Source of the DNA: Candidatus Heimdallarchaeota archaeon
Lineage (GTDB): Archaea > Asgardarchaeota > Heimdallarchaeia > Heimdallarchaeales > Heimdallarchaeaceae
NCBI GenBank assembly: GCA_021399395.1
Contig: JAAFKJ010000001.1
Location: 1-64,000 of the forward strand
Direction of reading: 5' to 3'
DNA: 64,000 nucleotides
The translations under genes and the position numbers were made by a program. The notes below the pieces were generated by a model. That model saw only the letters and a program-made list of their open reading frames with translations. It searched no databases and was not told the origin of the DNA. This document shows positions 37,258 to 47,768 of this stretch, piece by piece (the first letter of the stretch is position 1; each line of letters opens with the position of its first letter).

Positions 37258-40200
37258 TCATCCCACATATCTTATTGCTTCAGCTGGAGTTATCTGACTC
37301 GCTCTTATTCCTGGTATTATCGACGCTATGAGTGCTATTCCGAGCATTATACCCGTATAGAGTAACAATTTAAGTAATGGAATTACCAATCTCCAGTCAT
37401 AAATATTCGAGAACGACCATCCTAGAATGAGACTGTTTATGAATCCCATTACTAAGCCTAAAATTGCCAGAATAAATAATTCCAGCATTATTGACCCAAT
37501 TATTTGTCGTTTCTTAAAGCCTATTGCTCTCATCATTCCTATTTCTCTTCTTCTTTCTGATACATTCCTCACGGCAATAATTATCATCCCAAGCGCACCA
37601 ACAACCAAACCAAAACCAACGAAATATTCTAGAAAGGCAAATGTTTTCACTTGGAAGTCAACTAATTGAAGCATTTCATTCCAATAAGAATCTGCATCAG
37701 CAGCAACAAAATCTTCACTCAGTACAAGTAATGATTCATTACCGTTGAAGTATTCTTCAATTCTTTCAGCAAGTTCATAGTTTTCATCAGTTCTGAAATT
37801 TAGAGATGTTTGTACTAGAAACCTTGTATACTTTGGATATAAAACAAAATTATCTCTTAATATTGGATAAAAGTCAGGTGTAATAATTAAACTTGGTAAT
37901 CGTGATTCGAATGCAAATGGATACTGCATAACAGATGCAATTACTATTACCTGTCTTGGGGAATATCCTAGTCCGTGTAAGTTAAAAACAAATCCTGGTC
38001 TAAGAAGAGGTGTAGTTGAAATTACTGTTTCGAAACCATTGTCATTATCTACATATCCTTCTGCATTGAATTTTGTTCGGTTATAGAAGAAATCCCAGAT
38101 TTCGTGACTATATTCTCGTTGATACTCTTCTGAAGCTCCTGGTTTGTATTTTTTTGTAAATTGACTGATAGATTGTTCAAAAATGAAATCAAATGTATAA
38201 TCACTGCCATTTTTGAAAGTATCTTCATAAATCATATCCACTCCAGCAGGTAGGATTTCTGACGGTATCTCGAACTCATACCCTTCTACTTGCGTGATGT
38301 AAATAATCGTAGAATTTATTCCTTTTACGTAGGTGATTGCTTCATCCACCGAATAGAGATCTTTCTCTACTTCAACTAAAGATGAGTTTGCGATAGGTGT
38401 ATCCAATTCGATAAATATTGGAGCACCACCACTAAAGAACTCCGCTGATTCTAACGTATTGTAGGAATATGTTGATTGGTAAATACCAGCGAAGATATTC
38501 ATTGTTAGAACAAGTGCGAAAATACCGAATGTTAATGTACTCCGAATAGATTTTGATGTCATATATTTACTTGAAATCAAAGAAACTCCTTTTTTCAATC
38601 TAGTTCTATATAGCATGTTTCTGAGAGAATTTGTAACAGCTGAAAGATTGACACCTACAACTATTATTGACCCCAGTGCCAAAACGACAGCGAGAGTTGC
38701 CAAAATTTTAGTGTTTTCTGTAACTTCCTTTAGCGCGGGTAGTGAGGTTAGCAACATAACAATAGCTACTCCCATAAAAGTAAGACCAATACCATTCCCC
38801 ATTATTTTCTTAGAAAATAGATATCCTAGAATTATACTTACTCCAATTAGAACAGCCGCACTAGCTCCCATAAACATCCATTGTTCCAATGATGTATCCC
38901 AGCCTTCAGGTACAAAGAATGATCCATATAGTAGATACTGTGAGACAAAAATTCCTATCCCACCTACGATAAATGTTAGACCTAAACCTAGAGAGAATGT
39001 TCCAGTCCTTTTTGGTTTTACTTTCTTAATTCCTCTAATTACTTCTATAACATCTACTCTTGCAGCTCTTATCGCTGGAAATACACCTGCACCTACAGAG
39101 AGGATCAGTCCTAATACTATTGAATAAATGACAGCTCCACTCGTAACTGTTGGTTGAAGTATAATTGCACCTTCAAAAAATGTCTGTCCTATTTGGTACA
39201 CTAAGAAAACGGACATACCATATCCCCCCGCTACACCCATAAACGAGCCAAAAATACCTAGTACTGTTGATTCAATTAAGAACAGTTGAACAATCTCTCT
39301 TCGTTTTGATCCAATTGCTCTTAGAATTCCCAATTGCTGAATCCTATCTTCTACTTGAATAAGTTGAATATTCACCAATAGGAGAACACCAGCAAAGATA
39401 ATTAGTGCCCCAAACAGGTTGAAAGCGATTAAAACATCAGCAAGAATTTCTTCAGAAACCTCAAGTATCAATGCACGAAAAGCTATGATAATCAACCCAT
39501 TGGATCCTGTTGGATCTAGAAGTTCTTTAAGTTCTAATTCTACTTGTTTAGCATATTCATTATCTACTGGATTTTCTTCGTGATTAGCACTTAGTGCAAT
39601 ATTAATATCAGTACAAACATCAGGATCTAAACCAAGAATTGACCTTATATTGTCAATACTTGTCCAGAGAGCTCTTCCTCCGAGCTCCTTTCCCTTACCT
39701 AAATCTGATAAGAAGTCTACTACTTTCAAATCATAGGTTTTGTATTCATATCTCAGGGTGCCAGTTTGATTGAGTTCGCCTATTCTTATTTTAATAATGG
39801 ACCCAACAGTAACGTTTAGGTCTTCTTGTAAATCAGATCCAAGAAGAACATGAGATTCATTTGAAAATATGTCTGAGAGTTGAACTTGAGAGATTTTTGT
39901 TTCATTCTCGAAATGAAATTGCCCAAACACTGGATCTTCATCCAGTTCAACACCGACAAAACTTACACCCTTTTCTAAATCTCCCGTTTCTAAATTGTAA
40001 ACAGCAACGTCCTGCGTTACTCTCGCATTTATAGCTGCGAATTCGATATCCGAAGCATATATCTGATCAATAATGCCTTCATAATCTTGAATTGGAAAAC
40101 CAAATCCACTAATAATTATGTCATTTTCTCCTATAGCATCTGCAAAAAACTTCAATGCTTCAGTTGAAAAACTTGTGATAGTAATCTGAACTCCCACCAT

Positions 40201-40296
40201 TAAAGAAACGCCAAGGGAGATAGCAATCAAAGTACCGATGTTCTTTCCAAGTCTTCGTTTGAATGTTTTTTGGAAAAGATTTGTAATATAACTCAT
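37258..40296 (-). CDS. FtsX/MacB-type ABC permease (duplicated)
   Basis: Two FtsX repeats (EDRIQQLGILRAIG; ERRREIGMMRAIG) with large extracytoplasmic domains. Confidence 0.92.
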   Translation of the reverse strand: MSYITNLFQKTFKRRLGKNIGTLIAISLGVSLMVGVQITITSFSTEALKFFADAIGENDIIISGFGFPIQDYEGIIDQIYASDIEFAAINARVTQDVAVYNLETGDLEKGVSFVGVELDEDPVFGQFHFENETKISQVQLSDIFSNESHVLLGSDLQEDLNVTVGSIIKIRIGELNQTGTLRYEYKTYDLKVVDFLSDLGKGKELGGRALWTSIDNIRSILGLDPDVCTDINIALSANHEENPVDNEYAKQVELELKELLDPTGSNGLIIIAFRALILEVSEEILADVLIAFNLFGALIIFAGVLLLVNIQLIQVEDRIQQLGILRAIGSKRREIVQLFLIESTVLGIFGSFMGVAGGYGMSVFLVYQIGQTFFEGAIILQPTVTSGAVIYSIVLGLILSVGAGVFPAIRAARVDVIEVIRGIKKVKPKRTGTFSLGLGLTFIVGGIGIFVSQYLLYGSFFVPEGWDTSLEQWMFMGASAAVLIGVSIILGYLFSKKIMGNGIGLTFMGVAIVMLLTSLPALKEVTENTKILATLAVVLALGSIIVVGVNLSAVTNSLRNMLYRTRLKKGVSLISSKYMTSKSIRSTLTFGIFALVLTMNIFAGIYQSTYSYNTLESAEFFSGGAPIFIELDTPIANSSLVEVEKDLYSVDEAITYVKGINSTIIYITQVEGYEFEIPSEILPAGVDMIYEDTFKNGSDYTFDFIFEQSISQFTKKYKPGASEEYQREYSHEIWDFFYNRTKFNAEGYVDNDNGFETVISTTPLLRPGFVFNLHGLGYSPRQVIVIASVMQYPFAFESRLPSLIITPDFYPILRDNFVLYPKYTRFLVQTSLNFRTDENYELAERIEEYFNGNESLLVLSEDFVAADADSYWNEMLQLVDFQVKTFAFLEYFVGFGLVVGALGMIIIAVRNVSERRREIGMMRAIGFKKRQIIGSIMLELFILAILGLVMGFINSLILGWSFSNIYDWRLVIPLLKLLLYTGIMLGIALIASIIPGIRASQITPAEAIRYVG

Positions 40297-40428
40297 AGTT
40301 TTAACCTTAACTTACGTAAATCAATGAATTTACTATATTTTCTAACTATATAAATGGTTATTTTTGTAAAAAATAGATATCATATGTAACTGTTTTAGAT
40401 ACTGCTCAATATTCAGATACTTTTAAAA

Positions 40429-42063
40429 ATGCCACAGATGGTTGTTCATAAATTGGTGAATTTTGACATGTTTGGAAAAAGAGAATCCTCTTTAATGGAA
40501 CTTGGCAAGAGCTCAAAGTTCGCTATAGCATTTTTTGTTTCTTTTGCACTTGCAAAATTGATAGGTCTTGCTTTTACTAAGATATTCACCAACACATTAT
40601 CTGAAGCTGATATGGGTCAATATACTGTTATCGCTTCAGCAATTGCACTATTAATTGGATTCTCATCGTTTGGTTTTACTTCTTCAGTCAACCGATATAC
40701 CATTAAGTATAAGATTTCGAAAGAACTTGATACTTTCAAGAATTTCATTTTCACAGGAATTCTAATTTATATTATTGCAGAAGTGGTTGTAATTGTATCA
40801 ATTCTTATAGTGTTTTTTGTTACAGGACAAGGACCGTGGTTTCTTCAAGTAGAAAATTACCTTATTATCATTCTGTTGATAGCTCTCATTGTATTTGCCC
40901 AAATTTTTAGTACAATATGTTACACAATAGCCACATCATTACAAAACAGTCGATATTATGCTAACATCATTATAGCAAGAGTCTTACTCCAAATACCCTT
41001 CGGCATTATCTTTGTAATTTTCTTTGATTTAGGATTATTTGGTTTAGTTATTGGTTTAGCAGTGTCCGAAACAATTGTAGCCATTTATAGCATTTTTCAT
41101 ATTTTCAAGGATATTGGTATTGGTAGATTTTCCCTTACTGAGTTCAAGAAGATAATGATTTTCTCACTTCCTTCATACTATGTTGGTATTGTTTGGCAAG
41201 GCTTCAACATATTAGTCTTATTGCTTGTTGAATACTTCTTCCCCCTGACTGGAACTGAGACAATTGCTCTTTATAGGTATGGTGCTTTACTTGTAACAAA
41301 TTTAATCTTAGTTGCAGGTAATATGGTTACTATGGTGTATAGACCTGTGATTTACAGATTATTTGAGCGAGAAGAACATGATCGAATTCAACTTGTTTCT
41401 CAAAAAATCCTCAAGATATTCCTTATTATATTAGCTGTTTTGAGTATAGCTTTGTATGCATTTTCTCCTATTCTAATAATATATTTCACTAATAGCAATT
41501 ATCTTCCAAGTATATTCATTATTCCTTTCCTACTTGGAGCCGTTGTTTTCAAATATCTTCAGGGTATACTGGCTTTTGGTCACAGTTTGTACTTCAAGCT
41601 ATATTGGAATGCTATTTTTGTAACGATTGCATTTGGAGCTGCATTTGTTATTGCTTGGTTTGTTATTCCTTTGAACCCATTACTTGGATTAGCAGCTGCT
41701 TTCTTTGTAATCAGAGCGGTTTACTCTGCAGGAACGATTCTTATATCCCGACGATATTACAAACTGAAATATGACATAAAGGGGTTGATTCATTTAGTTG
41801 TTATTTTCTTGATCTCAGCTGGTGTTGGAGTAGTTTGCTATTATCTTGCTTTTGATTTCTTGGGGATTTACAACGTTACTCTATCTTTCTCAATCTCACT
41901 AGTTCTATTTGTTGCTGGTATTTTGTTAACTAAGCAAATAAGAAGAGATGATATAACCTTCTTTACTACCTTATTCAAGGAATATTTCAAGAAATATAAA
42001 AAGCCTAAAGATAAAACTGAAAAAGTTTCTGATACAATCGAAGAGGCAACAGATCTTGATTAA
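40429..42063 (+). CDS. Wzx/MOP-family oligosaccharide flippase
   Basis: About 14 TM; LSEADMGQY, FSLP, ALYRYG, YRP signatures. Confidence 0.8.
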   Translation: MPQMVVHKLVNFDMFGKRESSLMELGKSSKFAIAFFVSFALAKLIGLAFTKIFTNTLSEADMGQYTVIASAIALLIGFSSFGFTSSVNRYTIKYKISKELDTFKNFIFTGILIYIIAEVVVIVSILIVFFVTGQGPWFLQVENYLIIILLIALIVFAQIFSTICYTIATSLQNSRYYANIIIARVLLQIPFGIIFVIFFDLGLFGLVIGLAVSETIVAIYSIFHIFKDIGIGRFSLTEFKKIMIFSLPSYYVGIVWQGFNILVLLLVEYFFPLTGTETIALYRYGALLVTNLILVAGNMVTMVYRPVIYRLFEREEHDRIQLVSQKILKIFLIILAVLSIALYAFSPILIIYFTNSNYLPSIFIIPFLLGAVVFKYLQGILAFGHSLYFKLYWNAIFVTIAFGAAFVIAWFVIPLNPLLGLAAAFFVIRAVYSAGTILISRRYYKLKYDIKGLIHLVVIFLISAGVGVVCYYLAFDFLGIYNVTLSFSISLVLFVAGILLTKQIRRDDITFFTTLFKEYFKKYKKPKDKTEKVSDTIEEATDLD

Positions 42064-42065
42064 TT

Positions 42066-42893
42066 TCACTTATTTTTATCCCAAATCGAAACATCTAATC
42101 CTGTTAGGTCTGCTAGTTTCCTATTATGATCTATGAAGTAATGTTTCAATTCCTCTTTTATTTCAGGAGAGATTTTAGTGTATCCAGGTTTTTTTCTCTT
42201 GATTGCAAGAAATTGTATTCCTTTATGAATTAGAGATTTTTCATGAAAGATTTCTGAAGACTTTCTCAATAAACGAGGTATTCTAGGTATTATTGTTATG
42301 TTCCTTATCTCATCTTGATATTCAAAATTATTGAATGATACTCTTAGAAATTTGAATAATCCTTTCATATTCTCTACTGGATTCCTTACAAAGTCTTCAA
42401 AGATCATAAAATACATCTGTTTCTTATCAAAGAAATTTAGGTATCTTTCAATCTGTTCAGCGTAGATGCTTCTCTTTAGATATCCTTTCCAAACATCTTT
42501 CTTTAGACGTTCAGGTTCTTTTCTCACTGCTTTATCAAAACTATAATTTTCTCGCCCAGACTTGACAGCATGCCAATAGTTTGAATAAGATCTACTTAAA
42601 GGGTTCCGAAAAATCCATACTAATTTTATATCAGATTTATACTCATAAATTCTTTCAGGAACTTTTTCTAAATAACTGTATGTTGGAGTCTTTTCACCGA
42701 TTATGTTCTCTGGATTGCAGTCTTTGAAAATACCCTCATACCACTGTATACCTTTGTTGTAGTTTTCTTCATTGTTAAAATAATGTACTTCTTTCAAAGG
42801 GATACAAATCTGTGGATTGTGTTTGAGTTGAAATGCCAGACTTGATGTACCAGCTTTCATAGCGCCTACTATTATGAAATCAAGTTTTTTCAT
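42066..42893 (-). CDS. PAPS-dependent sulfotransferase (heparan-sulfate sulfotransferase-like)
   Basis: 5'-PSB GAMKAGTSSL, KEVHYF, GEKTPTY, 3'-PB RNPLSRSYSNY. Confidence 0.9.
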   Translation of the reverse strand: MKKLDFIIVGAMKAGTSSLAFQLKHNPQICIPLKEVHYFNNEENYNKGIQWYEGIFKDCNPENIIGEKTPTYSYLEKVPERIYEYKSDIKLVWIFRNPLSRSYSNYWHAVKSGRENYSFDKAVRKEPERLKKDVWKGYLKRSIYAEQIERYLNFFDKKQMYFMIFEDFVRNPVENMKGLFKFLRVSFNNFEYQDEIRNITIIPRIPRLLRKSSEIFHEKSLIHKGIQFLAIKRKKPGYTKISPEIKEELKHYFIDHNRKLADLTGLDVSIWDKNK

Positions 42894-42903
42894 GATTATC
42901 GCT

Positions 42904-43419
42904 CTAATGGAATTTTTTCTCTTCCTTCAATTTGTAGTAGTGATCTTTATCACGATACTTGAAGGTTTTAGCAGGATGTCCTCCTGCGATTCCACAAGCT
43001 GGTATATCTTTTATCACTACACTGCCAGCTTGAATAATTGCACCTTCACCTATTGTCACACCACCAGCAATAATACATCTAGCTCCAATCCACACATTGT
43101 CTTCGATTACGATTTTCTTTCGTATATAGGTCTCATCATATGGTATCTTTGTACTTTCATAGTTGTGATTTCGAGTGAGAAAGAGTATATCAGGACCACT
43201 GTGAAAATTGTCACCAATGACAACCTCACCATCACCTCTGATTGCTACTCCGTTAAAAGTTACATTGTTACCCAATGTTGTATTTTTATTAACATTTGAT
43301 TTGAAATTGACACTAAGTCCATCACCAACTTCTAGTGCAACCTTCTTCACTTGAGATCGATACATTCGGCGCTTAGTATTTCTTAGGACTGTTTTGACTA
43401 CCCCATAGATATTAACCAT
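42904..43419 (-). CDS. Hexapeptide-repeat O-acetyltransferase
   Basis: [29 protein letters not shown]. Confidence 0.88.
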   Translation of the reverse strand: MVNIYGVVKTVLRNTKRRMYRSQVKKVALEVGDGLSVNFKSNVNKNTTLGNNVTFNGVAIRGDGEVVIGDNFHSGPDILFLTRNHNYESTKIPYDETYIRKKIVIEDNVWIGARCIIAGGVTIGEGAIIQAGSVVIKDIPACGIAGGHPAKTFKYRDKDHYYKLKEEKKFH

Positions 43420-43535
43420 ATATAAACACTCAAACTATTTATTATTCCTAGATATTTAAGCCTTTTTTCTTTTGATTACACTATGATAAAAGACAAAGAA
43501 GTTTATATATATATGTAGATGAGTATCTCACAATT

Positions 43536-44213
43536 ATGAAAGATAGATTGCTAAAAAAAATACGAACCCTTCCTAAGAAGCTTAGAGAGAAATTATTTTT
43601 TAGTAAATTAACTCATAAGCAAGCTCTAACATATTGGTCTGAACCCAATGATGGTTCTAATAAACCTGAAGGATATTTACAACTAGAAAAAACAAAAAGA
43701 TCTCAACTACTTCTGAAGCTTCTTGAAATTGCTGACATTCCCAAGAACGCTAAGATTCTAGAATTAGGACCAAATGCATGTAGAAATCTAAATTTCTTGT
43801 ACAACAATGAGTATGTAAACTTATTTGGTATTGAAATATCAGAAAACGCTTTAGACTTAGCTAAGAAGAGCTTTCCAAGTCAAATTAATAAAATTACTTT
43901 ATTAAATGCACCAGTTGAATCAATTCTACCACTATTTTTTACAAAGTTTGATGTAATTTTTACAATGGCGGTATTAGAGCATATTCACACTAAAGCCTCA
44001 AAAGAAATATTCAAACATATTTCTAAATTGACTAATATTCTAATTACAATTGAAGATGAATTTGGGGTTTCAGAACGGCATTTCCCTCGCAATTATCAAA
44101 AAATATTTGAGTCCTTGGGTTTTAACCAAATTCATGTAGAAGAAGATGTAACAAACCACCATTTTAACAAAAGTTTCAGAGCTAGGATTTTTGTAAAAAA
44201 AGAACATACTTAA
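43536..44213 (+). CDS. Class I SAM-dependent methyltransferase
   Basis: ILELGPNACRNL, GIEIS, FDVIFTMAVLEHI. Confidence 0.85.
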   Translation: MKDRLLKKIRTLPKKLREKLFFSKLTHKQALTYWSEPNDGSNKPEGYLQLEKTKRSQLLLKLLEIADIPKNAKILELGPNACRNLNFLYNNEYVNLFGIEISENALDLAKKSFPSQINKITLLNAPVESILPLFFTKFDVIFTMAVLEHIHTKASKEIFKHISKLTNILITIEDEFGVSERHFPRNYQKIFESLGFNQIHVEEDVTNHHFNKSFRARIFVKKEHT

Positions 44214-44393
44214 GATCTTTGCCGACAGAGAATAAGAGAAGGAATTTATGATAATTTTTTTCGCATTTACTTCTCAAAATTTCATTTTAGTTATTTTAGC
44301 ATGTTTTTGGTTTTAATTACACAAATTGACTACCTCTATCAGTTATATCCTCTTTATCCAAAAATTCTTAAGATAAGAAAACAAAAATTGCCT

Positions 44394-44966
44394 ATGTCCG
44401 ACATTTACCATACTAAATCACCTTTTATCGGAGAAAAAGTGAAATTACGTCCTTTAGAAAAAGAGGATTTAGATGACATTATGGAACATTGGAACACATA
44501 TGAATCTAGAATAGGTTTAGGTTTGTTAATACCTATGTCCTCAATGATGGAAGCTGAATTTATTGAAAGTGCTCATAGTATGGCAAAAAGCGGAAAAGAG
44601 TATGTTTTGGCAATTGAAGAAATTTCAACTGGAAATTTCCTTGGAACTTGTGGAGTAGGTAAGATCAATTCTGTAAGCAGATCTGCTGAACTAGGTATTA
44701 CCATTCACAATCCAGCTAATCACAGCAAAGGTTATGGTACTGATGCTATGAAGTGCCTTCTGAAATTCGGATTCAATATTCTCAATTTCCATCGTATAGA
44801 ACTCTGGGTTATGGAGTATAATGAACGAGCTATCCATGTTTATAAGAAAGTTGGATTTAAGGAAGTTGGAAGAAAAAGAGAAGCACATTACTTACAAGGT
44901 AGTTATCACAATGTAGTGGTAATGGACATCTTAGAAGAGGAGTTTAGGGAGAAGTACAAGGACTAG
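44394..44966 (+). CDS. GNAT acetyltransferase (RimJ/RimL/SpeG-like)
   Basis: LRPLE, AELGI, KGYGT, NERAIHVYKKVGF. Start moved to ATG 44394. Confidence 0.88.
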   Translation: MSDIYHTKSPFIGEKVKLRPLEKEDLDDIMEHWNTYESRIGLGLLIPMSSMMEAEFIESAHSMAKSGKEYVLAIEEISTGNFLGTCGVGKINSVSRSAELGITIHNPANHSKGYGTDAMKCLLKFGFNILNFHRIELWVMEYNERAIHVYKKVGFKEVGRKREAHYLQGSYHNVVVMDILEEEFREKYKD

Positions 44967-45019
44967 CCGAAACTTACACAAATCTTATAATTAACTAGTT
45001 TAGACACATCCTATCTCAA

Positions 45020-46585
45020 ATGAATGAAACTGTCAGTGAAAAAGCAGAAGAAAAGGATTCTATCAAAGTTTGGGTGCTTATTTCTGCAACAGGAATTGGA
45101 GCATTTTTAGCTTCTCTCGATGGGACCATTGTAAATATTAGCTTACCTCAAATGATGGAGAGTTTAGATGTAGCACAGCATCAAGTACAGTGGATTGTTC
45201 TAAGCTATCTACTAACCATGATTGCATTTACAACAGTTTCTGGAGACTTGGGTGACAGAATTTCAAATAAACTGATCTTCCAGATTGGGATGGTCATTTT
45301 TTCAGTAGCATCACTATTATGTTTCTTTGCGAGATCTCTAGGTGTTTTAGTCTTGTTTAGAATCTTACAAGGGATTGGAGCCACAGGATTAGTTGCCAAT
45401 GGAATGGCAATAATTACCAGGTTCACATCAAGAGAAAACAGAGGGTTAGCAATAGGTTTGAATTCTTTACTTATTGCATTAGGGATTTCATTAGGACCTA
45501 TTCTCGGAGGTGCGCTAACCGAATTTCTTGATGGTGTTCTTAATGGATATTCAGGTTGGCCTTTTATATTTCTCATCAATGTACCAGTTGGTTTAATTGG
45601 CTTTTTCTGGGTTCAGTACATTATTCCTCCAACTCCCCCTCTTACAGATAGTCGTCGTAAAGCTGATATACTTGGATCATTATTCTTGTCCGGTTTTCTG
45701 TTCTTGCTGGTATTTTGTTTCAGTGTTTTTGCTAGTATATTCGATCACACATATTTTGGACCGAATAAATCACATTGGCCTGGAGGTGTAGTAGTTCCAT
45801 ACTTTAAAACGGAAGTTGGTACGTTTGGACCTTTTGCAAAGCTTCTATCAGGATTAAGTTTGGGATTTAGTATTATCTTTTTGATAGCTTTTATCTTCTG
45901 GGAAAAACATACCAAACATCCTGTTATTGATTTATCTATGTTCAAAAATAGAAGGTTTACAGTAGGTATTTTCTCTGGGGTGTTAGCTTATCTTGGTCTA
46001 TGTGTAATCATATATCAACTTCCATTCTTTGTTCAACAAATTTTGCACTATACTACATTTCAAACAGGAGTTGCTATCATGGGTACGCCTATAGGAATGG
46101 CTCTTGCAGCAGTCCTTTCGGGTGCGGTATCAAACAAGATTGATGTTAAATATCTTTCCACGGCTGGCATAGGTATCATGATGTTATCACTCGTGTTGGG
46201 TGCATTGTTTATTACCGAACAAGTACCAATTTATGTAATTATAATTATAGCAACAATCATTGGGATATCACTGGGCATATTTATTGCACCAAATAATACT
46301 TCTGTAATGTCATCAGCACCCGAAAAGAAACTTGGTATAGCAAACAGTATGTTAAGTCTCTCTACCAATGTCGGTTTCAGCTTAGGGACAGCATTAGCAA
46401 CAGCTGTTTTTGTTTTTTCACAAAATAAATATCAAAGTATCAATGGTGGAAGAATAGAAGATGTTATCAATTATGTACCAGCAATGAGGGTGTTATTTGG
46501 CGTGTTCGCAGGATTCATGCTGTTCTCAACAATATTCTCTTATTTTAGAGGACCAAAACCAAAAATAGAAATAAACAAAACTTGA
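45020..46585 (+). CDS. MFS drug:H+ antiporter (DHA2, 14 TM)
   Basis: LDGTIVNISLP, RILQGIG, GPILGG, WPFIFLINVPVG, PVIDLSMFKN. Confidence 0.92.
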   Translation: MNETVSEKAEEKDSIKVWVLISATGIGAFLASLDGTIVNISLPQMMESLDVAQHQVQWIVLSYLLTMIAFTTVSGDLGDRISNKLIFQIGMVIFSVASLLCFFARSLGVLVLFRILQGIGATGLVANGMAIITRFTSRENRGLAIGLNSLLIALGISLGPILGGALTEFLDGVLNGYSGWPFIFLINVPVGLIGFFWVQYIIPPTPPLTDSRRKADILGSLFLSGFLFLLVFCFSVFASIFDHTYFGPNKSHWPGGVVVPYFKTEVGTFGPFAKLLSGLSLGFSIIFLIAFIFWEKHTKHPVIDLSMFKNRRFTVGIFSGVLAYLGLCVIIYQLPFFVQQILHYTTFQTGVAIMGTPIGMALAAVLSGAVSNKIDVKYLSTAGIGIMMLSLVLGALFITEQVPIYVIIIIATIIGISLGIFIAPNNTSVMSSAPEKKLGIANSMLSLSTNVGFSLGTALATAVFVFSQNKYQSINGGRIEDVINYVPAMRVLFGVFAGFMLFSTIFSYFRGPKPKIEINKT

Positions 46586-46587
46586 AA

Positions 46588-47643
46588 TCAAATCTTACAG
46601 AAATTGGTTACAAGCTTTATTGTTTTGAGAATATCATCGATTAACAGTAATCCTGCGTTAGCATGTATGTATCTACATGGAACAGAAACAACTCCCGAAG
46701 GAACACCTGCACGTGTTTTAGATATTGAACCAGCATCAGTCCCACCATAAGTTGGTTTTTTGTATTGCCATTTGATATCGCCCATTACTGCCGCTTGCTT
46801 AATCCTTTCAAGTATTTTCTTAGGCACAATTAACGATCTATCTGCAGCTGTAACAGCTGGTCCATCACCAAGGCTTGTAACTATTTTTTGGCTCGGAACA
46901 CCAGGAACATCACTTGCGATAGTATTTTCAAGAGCTAGAGCTATACTTGGTTCTAAAGTATAACCGGCAACTATTGCACCTCTTGTACCTACTTCTTCTT
47001 GTACTGCGAAATTTATCAGTAATGTATGTGGTATCTCTACTTCTTTTAGCTCTTCAAGTACATGCAAAATCACATTACAAGCTGTTCTATCATCAAAAGC
47101 TTTACCAAGAATTGTTTCCTCATTTAGCAGGATACACTCAGTATAAAAAGTACCAACAGAACCTATGTCCAAACCCAAAGCTAATACTTCTGCCCGATTC
47201 TTACATCCTATATCAACGAACATTTCATTAATTTCAGGAACTTTATCTCGCTCATCAGGTTTTGTTACATGTGGAGGAGCTGCCCCTACTACACCTATAA
47301 TTCTTTCACGAAAATCATTTTGGAATTGTAGTAAAGCTCCTAACATGAGTCTTTTATCAATTCCTCCCAGGTTTTCTATTGTAAGAAAACCTTCTTCGTG
47401 AACATGTGATATCATAAATCCTACTTCGTCTACGTGAGCATCAAGCATTATTCTTAATCCGTTTGGATTTGTTCCCTCTTTTATAGCTAAAACATTTCCT
47501 AGGGGATCAATCCATGCTTTATCGACACCAAGTTTTTCTAACTTCACTAAAACATAATCAGTAACTTCTTCCTCATGTCCTGGGACACCAATAAGGTTAC
47601 TTAACTCAATTTGAGTTTTAATAACACTGTCTCTATTGACCAT
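46588..47643 (-). CDS. M42 family (TET-like) aminopeptidase
   Basis: AHVDEVG, KAFDDR, QEEVG, GGTDAG, RYIH. Confidence 0.92.
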   Translation of the reverse strand: MVNRDSVIKTQIELSNLIGVPGHEEEVTDYVLVKLEKLGVDKAWIDPLGNVLAIKEGTNPNGLRIMLDAHVDEVGFMISHVHEEGFLTIENLGGIDKRLMLGALLQFQNDFRERIIGVVGAAPPHVTKPDERDKVPEINEMFVDIGCKNRAEVLALGLDIGSVGTFYTECILLNEETILGKAFDDRTACNVILHVLEELKEVEIPHTLLINFAVQEEVGTRGAIVAGYTLEPSIALALENTIASDVPGVPSQKIVTSLGDGPAVTAADRSLIVPKKILERIKQAAVMGDIKWQYKKPTYGGTDAGSISKTRAGVPSGVVSVPCRYIHANAGLLLIDDILKTIKLVTNFCKI

Positions 47644-47768
47644 TTTAATTCCAAAAATACTATGAGAGATTTTTATTAAATGTTTCCGTCCAAATGTGGA
47701 TTATGAACGTATATATTTGATAAGTAGTAAACTTTATTTAATCCAACCTTTCAGTTTCGTTGAGTACT

